Part shown: one piece after another, positions 35,002 to 43,445 of the stretch
How the letters are laid out: every line of letters begins with the position of its first letter
How positions within the stretch are numbered: the stretch's first letter is position 1
Assembly (NCBI GenBank): GCA_016192545.1
Contig: JACPTX010000054.1
Location: 4,421-68,420 of the forward strand
Direction of reading: 5' to 3'
Origin: Candidatus Omnitrophota bacterium
Lineage (GTDB): Bacteria > Omnitrophota > Gorgyraeia > Aquiviventales > Aquiviventaceae
Length of the DNA: 64,000 bases
Position numbers and translations under genes: made by a program
The notes under the pieces: model-generated
Told to the model about the DNA's origin: nothing
Databases searched by the model: none
The model's input: the letters and a program-made list of their open reading frames with translations, nothing else

Positions 35002-36258
35002 ATGAAGTCAGACGTCAAGGATCGCTCGCTGGCCCGCCAGGGCGGGTTGAAGATCGCCTGGGCCGCGGCCCAGATGCCGGTGCTGCTGCAGGTGCGCGCG
35101 CGGTTCGCGCGGACCACGCCGCTCAAGGGCCTGCGGGTGGCCTGCTGCCTTCACGTCACGGCCGAGACCGCCAATCTGGTGATCACCCTGAAGGCGGGCG
35201 GGGCGCAGGTCGCCCTGTGTGCGTCCAACCCGCTCTCGACGCAGGACGACATCGCCGCCAGCCTGGTGAAGGACTCGGGCATCCCGGTCTTCGCCATCCG
35301 CGGCGAGGGCCGGGCGACCTATTACCGCCACATCACGTCCGTGCTGGCCATCCAGCCGCATGTGACGATGGATGACGGCGCGGACCTGGTGTCCACGATT
35401 CACAAACACCCGGAGCAATTCGGGACCCGGGTGGTCGGGGGAACCGAGGAAACGACCACCGGGGTGATCCGTCTGCGCAGCCTGGAGGCCCACGGCCGGC
35501 TGCGCTACCCCATCATCGCGGTGAACGACGCGAAGACCAAGCAGCTGTTCGACAATCGCTACGGCACCGGCCAGTCCACCATCGATGGGATCCTGCGGGC
35601 CACCAACCGGCTGCTGGCGGGCTCGCACTTCGTGGTCTGCGGCTATGGGTGGTGCGGCAAGGGCCTGGCGCAGCGGGCCAAAGGGATGGGGGCCCAGGTG
35701 ATCGTGACGGAGGTGGACTCGATCCGCGCGCTGGAGGCGGTGATGGACGGCTTCCGGGTGATGCCGCTTGAGCAGGCGGCCGCCATCGGGGACGTCTTCA
35801 TCACCGTGACGGGCTGTTCTGGCGTGATCGCCGAGCGCCACTTCAGGCGGATGAAAGACGGCGCGACGATCGCCAACGCCGGCCACTTCGACGTGGAAAT
35901 CGATCTCAAGGCGCTCAAGCGGCTCAGCCGCGGCGTGCAGCGCGTCCGGCCGGGCGTGGAACAATACACGCTGAAGACCGGCCGGCGCCTCAACGTCTTG
36001 GGGCAAGGCCGTCTGGTCAACCTCGCCTGCGCCGAGGGCCACCCGGCGAATGTGATGGACCTGTCGTTCTGCAATCAGGCGTTGGCCTGCGAATACCTGA
36101 GCCGCTCGGCCCGCCGTCTCGCGCCGAAAGTCTATCCGGTTCCCGACGCGATGGATCGGAACATCGCGTCGCTCAAGCTGAAGGCGCTCGGCGTGTCCCT
36201 CGACCGCCTGATGCCTGAGCAGCAGCGCTATCTGGCGAGCTGGGAACTGGGGACCTGA
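35002..36258 (+). CDS. ahcY: adenosylhomocysteinase
   Basis: NAD-binding GYGWCGKG motif, typical N-terminus from ATG 35002. In-frame alternatives are GTG 34942 (overlapping the metK stop) and ATG 34972. Confidence 0.9.
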   Translation: MKSDVKDRSLARQGGLKIAWAAAQMPVLLQVRARFARTTPLKGLRVACCLHVTAETANLVITLKAGGAQVALCASNPLSTQDDIAASLVKDSGIPVFAIRGEGRATYYRHITSVLAIQPHVTMDDGADLVSTIHKHPEQFGTRVVGGTEETTTGVIRLRSLEAHGRLRYPIIAVNDAKTKQLFDNRYGTGQSTIDGILRATNRLLAGSHFVVCGYGWCGKGLAQRAKGMGAQVIVTEVDSIRALEAVMDGFRVMPLEQAAAIGDVFITVTGCSGVIAERHFRRMKDGATIANAGHFDVEIDLKALKRLSRGVQRVRPGVEQYTLKTGRRLNVLGQGRLVNLACAEGHPANVMDLSFCNQALACEYLSRSARRLAPKVYPVPDAMDRNIASLKLKALGVSLDRLMPEQQRYLASWELGT

Positions 36259-36274
36259 GGGCGCGCCGACGGCC

Positions 36275-37345
36275 TTAGCGTAACATCCGGAAGCAGACCC
36301 ACACCGCGACCGCGTGCGGGAGCCACACCGCCAGCAGCGGCGGGAGGAACCCTTCCTTCCCGATCCCCAAGCCCGTGGCCACGCCGATATAGTAGAGCAT
36401 CCCCCAGCCCAGGCTGTTGCCCAGCCCCTGGAGATGCCCCCGGACGGCCCGCCGGGTGGAGCCCACGAAGGCGATCAGGCACATCACCAGATTCATCAGG
36501 GGAAAGGCCACCTTCGCGTCCAGCTCCACGACATACCGCCGCACGTTCGTAATCCCGATCCCCTTGAGCCGCCGGATCAGCTGGCGCAGCTGGCCGAGCC
36601 GCATCGTGTCCGGCTGCGCCTCCGGCTGCCGGAATGAGTCCGGCGTCACGGGCAGCGCAAGGAACCGCTCCACGAACGGCTCCGGTTCCCCCGCCAGGGC
36701 GCCGCTGGGCTTGAGGCGCGTGACCGTTCCGTAGAGCAGCAGCCAGCCGTGCGGGGTGAAGAGCGCCCGCTGGGCGTAGAGGCTGCGCTTCGGGCGGTTC
36801 TGCGCATCGTGCTCCAGGATCGTCAGGTCCGCCAGCTCCTGCTTCTTCAGATAGAGCGCCCGGGCGTGATAGAGCCGGTTGGCGCGGTCCAAGGCCGTCA
36901 CGCTGTCCAGGACATCGGCCTGTTCTTCTCCCCGGAACGCTTCCTGCCGAAGCCGCTGATAGACCGCGTTCGTGCCCGGCACGACCCACTCGTTGACCCC
37001 GAAGGCGGCCAGGCTCACCAGCCAGCCGACGAAGAGAAACGGGATGACGGCCCGCCGCAGGCTCACCCCCCCGGCGTTCATTGCGAGGAGCTCCTGATGG
37101 CGCACGAGCCGCGTGGCGATGAACGCCGCGCCGAGCAGGATCGCCAGGGGGGAGGCGCGGACGAAGACGAGGGGGACGAAGCTGAGATAGTACTGCACGA
37201 CCGTTCGGACCGGGATGCGGTAGCGCAGGATTTCATCGAGGTGCTCGAAGAGGTCGATGAGGCAGCTGACAAAGATGAAGACGACGATGCACCAGAGCCA
37301 GACCGGGATGAGCTGGCGGGTGAGGTAGCGGTCGAGGGTCTTCAT
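36275..37345 (-). CDS. lptG: LPS export ABC permease, YjgP/YjgQ family (second gene of the pair)
   Basis: 356 aa, six-TM YjgP/YjgQ architecture with a periplasmic beta-jellyroll insert. Naming follows the E. coli order lptF then lptG. Confidence 0.75.
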   Translation of the reverse strand: MKTLDRYLTRQLIPVWLWCIVVFIFVSCLIDLFEHLDEILRYRIPVRTVVQYYLSFVPLVFVRASPLAILLGAAFIATRLVRHQELLAMNAGGVSLRRAVIPFLFVGWLVSLAAFGVNEWVVPGTNAVYQRLRQEAFRGEEQADVLDSVTALDRANRLYHARALYLKKQELADLTILEHDAQNRPKRSLYAQRALFTPHGWLLLYGTVTRLKPSGALAGEPEPFVERFLALPVTPDSFRQPEAQPDTMRLGQLRQLIRRLKGIGITNVRRYVVELDAKVAFPLMNLVMCLIAFVGSTRRAVRGHLQGLGNSLGWGMLYYIGVATGLGIGKEGFLPPLLAVWLPHAVAVWVCFRMLR

Positions 37346-37473
37346 CCCACGCCCTGCTGGCTGGCCGAAGGCCGGTCGCTGTCACCATCGGACACCCGTG
37401 GTGACAGCGACCGTTTCGCCGTCAGCCGTTGTTGGCGTATCGGATGGCGAAACCCAGCAGGGCGTGGGATCAT
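37342..37473 (-). CDS. putative 43-codon coupling mini-ORF spanning the lptF-lptG palindromic element
   Basis: On the minus strand, ATG at 37473 runs to TGA at 37344-37342, which overlaps the lptG ATG (ATGA). My manual translation, MIPRPAGFRHPIRQQRLTAKRSLSPRVSDGDSDRPSASQQGVG*, has no internal stop. There is no SD, and the ATG lies 16 nt after the lptF stop. Confidence 0.3.
   Translation of the reverse strand: MIPRPAGFRHPIRQQRLTAKRSLSPRVSDGDSDRPSASQQGVG
37346..37468. repeat. 123-bp nested-palindrome element with 15-bp perfect terminal inverted repeats
   Basis: Outer arms: CCCACGCCCTGCTGG (37346-37360) and CCAGCAGGGCGTGGG (37454-37468). Inner helices: GGCC-GAA-GGCC, a 13-14 bp hairpin (37374-37386 with 37400-37412) and an 8-bp helix (37413-37420 with 37446-37453). 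It abuts the lptG start codon. Confidence 0.85.
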
Positions 37474-37489
37474 GCGGGCACGACGCGGG

Positions 37490-38578
37490 TCAGCGGCGCA
37501 CGATCCGGGACAGCCAGACGCCTCCGGCGGCCATCCCGATCAGGTTGGGCATCCACATCGCCAGCCACGCCGACGTCCAGCCCTTCAACGCGAGGGCGTT
37601 CATGGCGACGCTGCACAGGTAGTAGGCGATAAAGAGCCCCAGCACCCACAGGAAAATGATCAGCCGTTCATGGTGATGCGCCCCCAGCCCCAGCACGAGG
37701 CCGAACAACACGAACACGACCGTGGCGAAGGAGGAGGCGATCTTGCGATGGATCTCCAGCGCGATCGGCAGCGTGTCCACGTGCTCCGCCGACAGCCGGA
37801 CGCGTTCCTGGCCCAATTCCCGGAACGTCATCTCCTTGATCTTCTTCTGCAGCCGGTGCTTGGCGGAGTCCGACGAGAGCTTCATCGTGTAGGTGGTGAA
37901 CGACACTTTATACAGGGAGCCGGGGCGCTGGGGGTCCCACTCATCCACCGTGCCGTCGTACAGTTTCAATTGCACCTCGCGGCCGTCAGCCGAGGGCTGG
38001 AATTCCCCGTGGCTCGCCACGATGGTCCGCGTGGGACCCTGCGGTTTGGGCTCGTAGATCCGGACGTGCGAGAGCCGTTTGCCCTCCACCTGATAGACGA
38101 AGATGATGTAGGGGGGGAAGTCCTTGATGAACGTGCCGGCCTCCAGGTAGGCGGTCGGCTGTTTGATGCCGATCGCCTTGAGCTGGCGGCGGAACGCCAG
38201 ATGGGCGGCCGGGATGATGCGGTCATGCAGGACGAGCATCCCGCCGCTGATCAGGAGCCCGACGGTGAGTAGCGGCCAGATCAACCTGGCCGGCGCCACG
38301 CCGGAGGCCCGCATCGCGATGAGCTCGTAGTCTCCGCTGAGCCGCCCGAACGCCAGCACCATCGCGATGAGGCAGGCCATGGGAATCGTGAAGCTCAACA
38401 GCGAGGGGATGAGGTAGATCAGCAGCCGGAGGATGTCGAATAGGCTGACGCCTTTGGCGACCACCAGCTCCGCGAATTTGATCATGTTGCCGACCAGGAG
38501 CGCCGCCGTGAGCCCTCCCACGGTGACCAGGAACGGCCCGATGTGCTCCCTCAGGACGTAGGTGCGCAGCAGTTTCAT
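37490..38578 (-). CDS. lptF: LPS export ABC permease, YjgP/YjgQ family (first gene of the pair)
   Basis: 362 aa YjgP/YjgQ family protein. Its start overlaps the comF stop. Confidence 0.75.
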   Translation of the reverse strand: MKLLRTYVLREHIGPFLVTVGGLTAALLVGNMIKFAELVVAKGVSLFDILRLLIYLIPSLLSFTIPMACLIAMVLAFGRLSGDYELIAMRASGVAPARLIWPLLTVGLLISGGMLVLHDRIIPAAHLAFRRQLKAIGIKQPTAYLEAGTFIKDFPPYIIFVYQVEGKRLSHVRIYEPKPQGPTRTIVASHGEFQPSADGREVQLKLYDGTVDEWDPQRPGSLYKVSFTTYTMKLSSDSAKHRLQKKIKEMTFRELGQERVRLSAEHVDTLPIALEIHRKIASSFATVVFVLFGLVLGLGAHHHERLIIFLWVLGLFIAYYLCSVAMNALALKGWTSAWLAMWMPNLIGMAAGGVWLSRIVRR

Positions 38579-39219
38579 GCGGATCGTTCAGCCCGGGCCG
38601 CCGCCAAGACGAACACGCGCTCGGCGCCGGCGGTTCGCAGCGCCGCCGCGCAGGCCTGGGCGGTGGCGCCGGTGGTGAAGACGTCGTCAATGAGCAGGAC
38701 GGCGCTGCTCCGCCGTCCCGGGCGGGCGCGGAAGGCGCCCTGCACGTTGCGCGCGCGCTGGCGCGGCGTCAGGCGGGTCTGCGTCGGGGTCCAGCGGGTC
38801 CTGGCTAACGCGGTGGGATCGTAGGGAAGACCGAGCGCGCCAGCGACGGCCTGTGCCAGGACTGCCGCCGGATTGCCGCCTTTCCATCGCTGTTTCAGCC
38901 AGTGGAGTGGAACCGGCACCACGGCATCCACCGCGTGCAGGGGAAACGCCGCGGCGGCGGTCTGCGTCATGCGATGGGCCAGCCAGGCGCCGATCCGTCG
39001 GCGGCCTTCATATTTAAAGGCGTGGATCGCGTCACGGACCCGGTTCCGGTACAGAAACGGCGCCGCGAGACTGAGGCCGCAGCGCTGGCACACCGGCGGC
39101 AGGCACGGCGTCATCGCCTGCCGGCAGGGCTCGCACACCGCGGCGTCATCGGGGAGGCGTCCATGGCATAGCAGGCAGGCCGGAGGGTATAGGAGCGCGA
39201 CCACGGCGCGGGCATCCAT
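38575..39219 (-). CDS. comF: ComF-family phosphoribosyltransferase-domain protein
   Basis: N-terminal CxxC...CxxC zinc-finger region and a C-terminal PRT motif (VLLIDDVFTTGAT). Confidence 0.8.
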   Translation of the reverse strand: MDARAVVALLYPPACLLCHGRLPDDAAVCEPCRQAMTPCLPPVCQRCGLSLAAPFLYRNRVRDAIHAFKYEGRRRIGAWLAHRMTQTAAAAFPLHAVDAVVPVPLHWLKQRWKGGNPAAVLAQAVAGALGLPYDPTALARTRWTPTQTRLTPRQRARNVQGAFRARPGRRSSAVLLIDDVFTTGATAQACAAALRTAGAERVFVLAAARAERSA

Positions 39220-39403
39220 GCGAGGGCTGAGGATAGCATGCGAGCCAACCCAGTGTCAATTCGCCTTCGGCGGGTGACGCGGAGCGGGGGCCCCCGCCGC
39301 CCGCCCGCAGATCCGCCATGATCGTTGGCGGACGAGGACGGACGGCGGGGTCGCGCAGCGGCAGGCCCCGCCGAAGTGACCCATCACCAATCTGGGACAG
39401 GTC

Positions 39404-39433
39404 TTGACCGATGTGGGGGGCGCATGTTAGAGT
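39404..39433 (+). promoter_or_regulatory. possible sigma70-like promoter of the SGNH/carbamoyltransferase module
   Basis: TTGACC (39404-39409), 18-nt spacer, TAGAGT (39428-39433). This would give a very short leader before ATG 39444. Confidence 0.35.
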
Positions 39434-39443
39434 CCCTCCCAAC

Positions 39444-40640
39444 ATGCTGAAGTGGCTGCAACGGATTGCCGTGGTCATCTTCTCGGTGGTCGTGGCGCTG
39501 GGAGCGCTGGAGGTTGGGCTTCGCCTCTTCTGGTGGAAACGGCTGACGACGCCGCGGCTCGAAGATCACCCGATTTATCACCATCGCCTGGATCCCCACG
39601 CGACGTTTCCGCAGCAGTCACCGGATTTCCACACCGTGGCCACCACCAACAACCTCGGCCTGCGCGGCCCGGCCGACTACGGCCCCAAGCCGGCCGGCGC
39701 GACACGCCTGCTCATGCTCGGCGATTCCTTCACATTCGGGGTGGGCGTCAATGACGAGGAGACGTTCTGCGCCCTCCTGCAGGGCGCGTTGGACCGGCGC
39801 GGGCGGCGGGTCGAAGTCATCAACGCCGGGCTGGGCAGCTACTCGCCGATCCTGGATTACCTGGCGCTCCGGGACCTCTACCTGCCGCTCGAACCGGACG
39901 CGGTGATCCTCTGGTTTGATTTCGGCGACCTGCAGGACGATTTCTTCTATGCCCGCAATCTGCGCTACGACGCGCAGGGGGAGCCGGCCGCCTGCCATCC
40001 GAATTTCGTCGACGGGCGTTTCAACTGGCGCAGTTATCTGGGGGACCGCAGCGCCCTCGTCAAGTACTTCAACAACAAGTTGATCCGGACGTATCAGAAA
40101 ATCCGGATCCTCGGCTTGCGGGGCTACGCGCGGGCGAAGCTGCGCGGCGAGCGGGCCAAGGCGGCGATCGCGAAGCTGCCAGGCACCCAGCGCGGCCGCG
40201 TGGACCCGCTCCACTATGACCGCTTGCTGATGATTCGGGACCGCAGCCATCTCGCGGAGATCCAGCCGCACTGGGAGCGGACCGCCTCGTATCTCGTGCG
40301 CATCCGCAACCTGCTGGCCGCCCGCGGCATTCCCTTCGCCCTCGCCGCGTACCCCTACGGAACTCAAGTCGGGCCGGACCAGTGGGGCAAGGGCCGCGAG
40401 GCGTTCGGGTTTGCGTCCGGGGTGACGTATGACGACCCCTTCGCGTTCGAGTTGTTGGAGGCGTTTGCCCGCGCACACGGCATTCCCTTCCTCAACACCT
40501 ATGCCGCCTTTGTCGGCGCCCGAGAGCAACAGCTGTTTTACGACTGGGACGGGCATTTCACCCCGGCCGGCCACCGCGTCGTGGCGGACTACCTCCAGCA
40601 CGATCCTGCGACCCAAGCCTTCCTCCGACGGCTCCAGTGA
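39444..40640 (+). CDS. SGNH/GDSL-type hydrolase-fold protein with N-terminal membrane anchor
   Basis: TM start (IAVVIFSVVVALGALEV) and an LMLGDSFTFGVGV block I motif. The preferred ATG 39444 lies downstream of the predicted promoter. Confidence 0.65.
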   Translation: MLKWLQRIAVVIFSVVVALGALEVGLRLFWWKRLTTPRLEDHPIYHHRLDPHATFPQQSPDFHTVATTNNLGLRGPADYGPKPAGATRLLMLGDSFTFGVGVNDEETFCALLQGALDRRGRRVEVINAGLGSYSPILDYLALRDLYLPLEPDAVILWFDFGDLQDDFFYARNLRYDAQGEPAACHPNFVDGRFNWRSYLGDRSALVKYFNNKLIRTYQKIRILGLRGYARAKLRGERAKAAIAKLPGTQRGRVDPLHYDRLLMIRDRSHLAEIQPHWERTASYLVRIRNLLAARGIPFALAAYPYGTQVGPDQWGKGREAFGFASGVTYDDPFAFELLEAFARAHGIPFLNTYAAFVGAREQQLFYDWDGHFTPAGHRVVADYLQHDPATQAFLRRLQ

Positions 40641-40930
40641 TCCGGTTGTCGACGATGGGGGTTTCAGCTATACTAAGCCCTGAATCTCCGACGGACATTC
40701 CTGCCATGTGGCATACCCTCACACAGGGACTTCTGGCGTTTGCCAAGCGGGTCGGCGAGGTCCAAGCCTGGCTGATCTTGACGGTCTTTTATTTCCTCAT
40801 CCTGGCCCCTGTCGCGCTCCTCTTCAAATGCGCGGCGGATCCGCTGCGCCTGCGCCGTGCCCCAGGTTCCATCTGGCACCCCAAGCCTCCTCCGCGCGAC
40901 CTCCGGCAGTGGGCCAAGGCCCAGTTCTAA
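40637..40930 (+). CDS. small membrane protein, SxtJ-like
   Basis: A two-TM hydrophobic core (WLILTVFYFLILAPVALLF), positioned directly 5' of a carbamoyltransferase as described for sxtJ homologues. The start is uncertain: GTG 40637 overlaps the upstream stop, and ATG 40706 is an alternative. Confidence 0.45.
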   Translation: MIRLSTMGVSAILSPESPTDIPAMWHTLTQGLLAFAKRVGEVQAWLILTVFYFLILAPVALLFKCAADPLRLRRAPGSIWHPKPPPRDLRQWAKAQF

Positions 40931-40938
40931 GAGCGTTC

Positions 40939-42849
40939 ATGCGGATTCTCGGAATTTCCTGTTTCTACCACGATGCGGCCGCGGCCTTGATTGAGGACGG
41001 CCGGCTCATCGCCGCAGCCGAGGAGGAGCGGTTTTCCCGCAAAAAGCACGATGCGGATTTTCCGAAGTTGGCGATCCGGTTTTGCCTGGAGACCGGCGCC
41101 CTCAGCGCCCCCGACCTGGATTATGTGGTCTTCTACGAAAAACCGTTCCTGAAGTTCGAACGCATCCTCCTGTCGTCGCTCCAAACCTTCCCCTGGTCCT
41201 GCGGGACGTTCCGCCAGGCGATGACGACCTGGCTGCTGGACAAGCTCTGGGTGAAGACGCTGATTCATGAGCAGCTCGGCATCCCGGAGGACCGGATCCT
41301 GTTTTCCGAGCACCACCTGTCGCACGCCGCCAGCGCCTTCCTCTGTTCGCCCTTCGAGGAGGCGGCGATCCTGACGGCGGATGCGGTCGGAGAGTGGGCG
41401 ACGACCACCATGGCCGTCGGGCGCGCCAGCTGGACCGGGCAGCCGCCCAATGCCATCCGCATGCTGCGGGAGATGCGGTTCCCGCACTCCCTCGGCTTGT
41501 TGTATTCCGCGTTTACGGCGTTCCTGGGGTTTGAGGTGAATGAGGGCGAGTACAAGGTCATGGGCATGGCGCCCTACGGGACCCCGCGCTACGTGGACGA
41601 GGTCTGGCATCTCCTGCGGTTGGCGGACAGGGGCGGCTTTCAGCTCGACATGAGCTACTTCAGCTTTCATCATTCCGCCCGTCAGTCCTTCACCCGAAAA
41701 TTCGAGCAGCTCTTCGGTCCTCCGCGGGATCCCAAGGCGCCGTTCGTGACCGGGGAATTCGGGGACGAGCTGGACCGCGATCAGGAGCTGTTGAGGCAGA
41801 GCCGGCACTACGCGGATATCGGGGCCAGCATCCAGCGGGTGACCGAGGAGATCATGCTCTCGCTGGCCCGCGAGCTGTACAAAGAGACCGGCATCCCGCG
41901 CTTGTGCCTGGCCGGCGGGGTCGCCTACAACAGCGCGGCCAACGGCCGGATCATGCGGGAAACGCCGTTTCAGGAGGTCTACATTCAGCCGGCGGCAGGC
42001 GATTCCGGCGGGGCGCTGGGCGCCGCGCTCTATGCCTATCACGTGATCCTGCAGCAGCCGCGCCGGTTCATCATGGAGCACGCCTACTGGGGCAAGGCGT
42101 TCGATGAGCGGGCGATCGCCGAGGCGGTCCAGCGCCATGGGCTCTCCGCCAGGCGGCTGGGGAGCGAGCAGGAGGCGGTGCGTGAGACCGTGCGGCACCT
42201 CGTGGACGGCCGCGTGGTGGGGTGGTATCAGGGCCGCTGTGAATGGGGCCCACGGGCCCTCGGCAACCGCAGCATCCTGGCCGACCCGCGCCGCAAAGAC
42301 ATGAAGGCGATCGTCAACCGCAAGATCAAGTTCCGCGAGCCGTTCCGGCCGTTCGCCCCCTCCATACTGGACCGCAGCCTGGGTCAGTTTGTAGACTATC
42401 CGATCGCGAAAGGCCTGGCGGCGGCGCGGTTCATGTTGTGCGTCAGCCCGATCCGCCCCGAGCGCCGCGAGACCATCCCGGCGGTGACCCACGTGGATGG
42501 GACCGGCCGGCTGCAGGCGGTTGAACAAGCCGCCAATCCGTTGTACTATCGCCTCATCGAAGCGTTCGAAGCCGAGACCGGGGTGCCGGTGGTGTTGAAC
42601 ACGTCCTTCAACCTGAAAGGCGAGCCGATTGTGAACCGGCCGGACGAGGCGATCTCCACGTTCCTGCGCAGCGACATGGATGCCCTGGTGATGGGCACCC
42701 ACCTGGTCACGAAGAATCATCCTGAGGAGCAGACCGAGTCGATGAATCCCGCCCCTTTGCCTTCCGTCCAATCTAAACCGGAGATGACGAAACGACGTCG
42801 GCCTTCGTCCATGCGTGTCGAAGAACGACACAGCAAAGGGGCGGGATGA
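40939..42849 (+). CDS. NodU/CmcH-family carbamoyltransferase
   Basis: MRILGISCFYHDAAAALIEDGRLIAAAEEERFSRKKHD start, ASKHA-like N-domain and YrdC-like C-domain. The true start is ATG 40939 inside ORF 40708-42849. Confidence 0.9.
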   Translation: MRILGISCFYHDAAAALIEDGRLIAAAEEERFSRKKHDADFPKLAIRFCLETGALSAPDLDYVVFYEKPFLKFERILLSSLQTFPWSCGTFRQAMTTWLLDKLWVKTLIHEQLGIPEDRILFSEHHLSHAASAFLCSPFEEAAILTADAVGEWATTTMAVGRASWTGQPPNAIRMLREMRFPHSLGLLYSAFTAFLGFEVNEGEYKVMGMAPYGTPRYVDEVWHLLRLADRGGFQLDMSYFSFHHSARQSFTRKFEQLFGPPRDPKAPFVTGEFGDELDRDQELLRQSRHYADIGASIQRVTEEIMLSLARELYKETGIPRLCLAGGVAYNSAANGRIMRETPFQEVYIQPAAGDSGGALGAALYAYHVILQQPRRFIMEHAYWGKAFDERAIAEAVQRHGLSARRLGSEQEAVRETVRHLVDGRVVGWYQGRCEWGPRALGNRSILADPRRKDMKAIVNRKIKFREPFRPFAPSILDRSLGQFVDYPIAKGLAAARFMLCVSPIRPERRETIPAVTHVDGTGRLQAVEQAANPLYYRLIEAFEAETGVPVVLNTSFNLKGEPIVNRPDEAISTFLRSDMDALVMGTHLVTKNHPEEQTESMNPAPLPSVQSKPEMTKRRRPSSMRVEERHSKGAG

Positions 42850-43025
42850 AGTGGGCCAAGCGGTTGTCCAGTCGGTTCTCCGTGATGGGGGAGCTGATGG
42901 GATTCTTGTGGCAGCAGCGCCTGTGGTGGCTGATCCCCATGGTCGGCGTCCTGCTGCTGTTCGGGCTGCTGCTGTTGTTTGCCCAGAGCTCGCCTCTCGC
43001 GCCGTTCGTCTACACGCTGTTTTAA
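42846..43025 (+). CDS. 59-aa membrane peptide, DUF5989-like (SxtK-like)
   Basis: Absent from the ORF track because it is under 60 aa. ATG 42846 overlaps the carbamoyltransferase stop (ATGA). My translation is MKWAKRLSSRFSVMGELMGFLWQQRLWWLIPMVGVLLLFGLLLLFAQSSPLAPFVYTLF. The LAPF.YTLF C-terminus matches my recollection of that family. Confidence 0.6.
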   Translation: MKWAKRLSSRFSVMGELMGFLWQQRLWWLIPMVGVLLLFGLLLLFAQSSPLAPFVYTLF

Positions 43026-43257
43026 TCCTCGCCGCCCTCCTACGTCTGCGAGTCCTACATTTGCCGATTGCCCACCACCGATCCGGCCACCCTCTCCCGC
43101 CTCCTTGAGCCGGCTCCGCACCCTTAACACACGCCGTCGTCCTTCCTCACACACGGGGACCGCGATATTGTGCGTTTTGTCACCACGACCCTGGACAAGA
43201 AGTGACATTTGACCCTCTCGACAATTTGAACAAGTGGAACAAGATGTCAAAGCACCC

Positions 43258-43287
43258 TTGATGCTTTGCGTCAAGATGTGCTATGCT
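43258..43287 (+). promoter_or_regulatory. possible sigma70-like promoter of the pilus ATPase operon leader
   Basis: TTGATG (43258-43263), 18-nt spacer, TATGCT (43282-43287), embedded in short inverted and direct repeats. Confidence 0.3.
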
Positions 43288-43349
43288 TTCAATCAGCCGT
43301 GTGACAAACCCGCCACCCAGCGTGGCGGGTCAGCCCCCAGGCTCTTGTC

Positions 43350-43440
43350 GGGGTGGCTGAGGCTAACCATCTGTAAGGGTGGGGCGCAAAGCTACGGGCC
43401 CTTGACATCTAAGATGTCAAGGACAGCCGAGCTGCCAAAA
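43350..43440 (+). promoter_or_regulatory. c-di-GMP-I (GEMM-I) riboswitch-like element
   Basis: Segment-by-segment match to the Vc2 aptamer as I recall it:
- GGCTAACC versus GGCAAACC.
- CCATCT-GTAA-GGGTGG, a GNRA-capped helix, versus CCAUUC-GAAA-GAGUGG.
- GGCGCAAAGC versus GACGCAAAGC.
- A long helix, CCTTGACATCT-A-AGATGTCAAGG.
- ACAGCCGAGCTGCC closing strand.
The element ends 10 nt before ATG 43446. Confidence 0.65.
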
Positions 43441-43445
43441 CGGAC

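Noticed and set aside
43398-43425. Perfect palindrome CCTTGACATCT-A-AGATGTCAAGG, first read as a transcription-factor operator.
   Set aside because: It sits exactly where the second long helix of the GEMM-I aptamer is expected, between the GCGCAAAGC and ACAGCCG blocks. I therefore assign it to the riboswitch.
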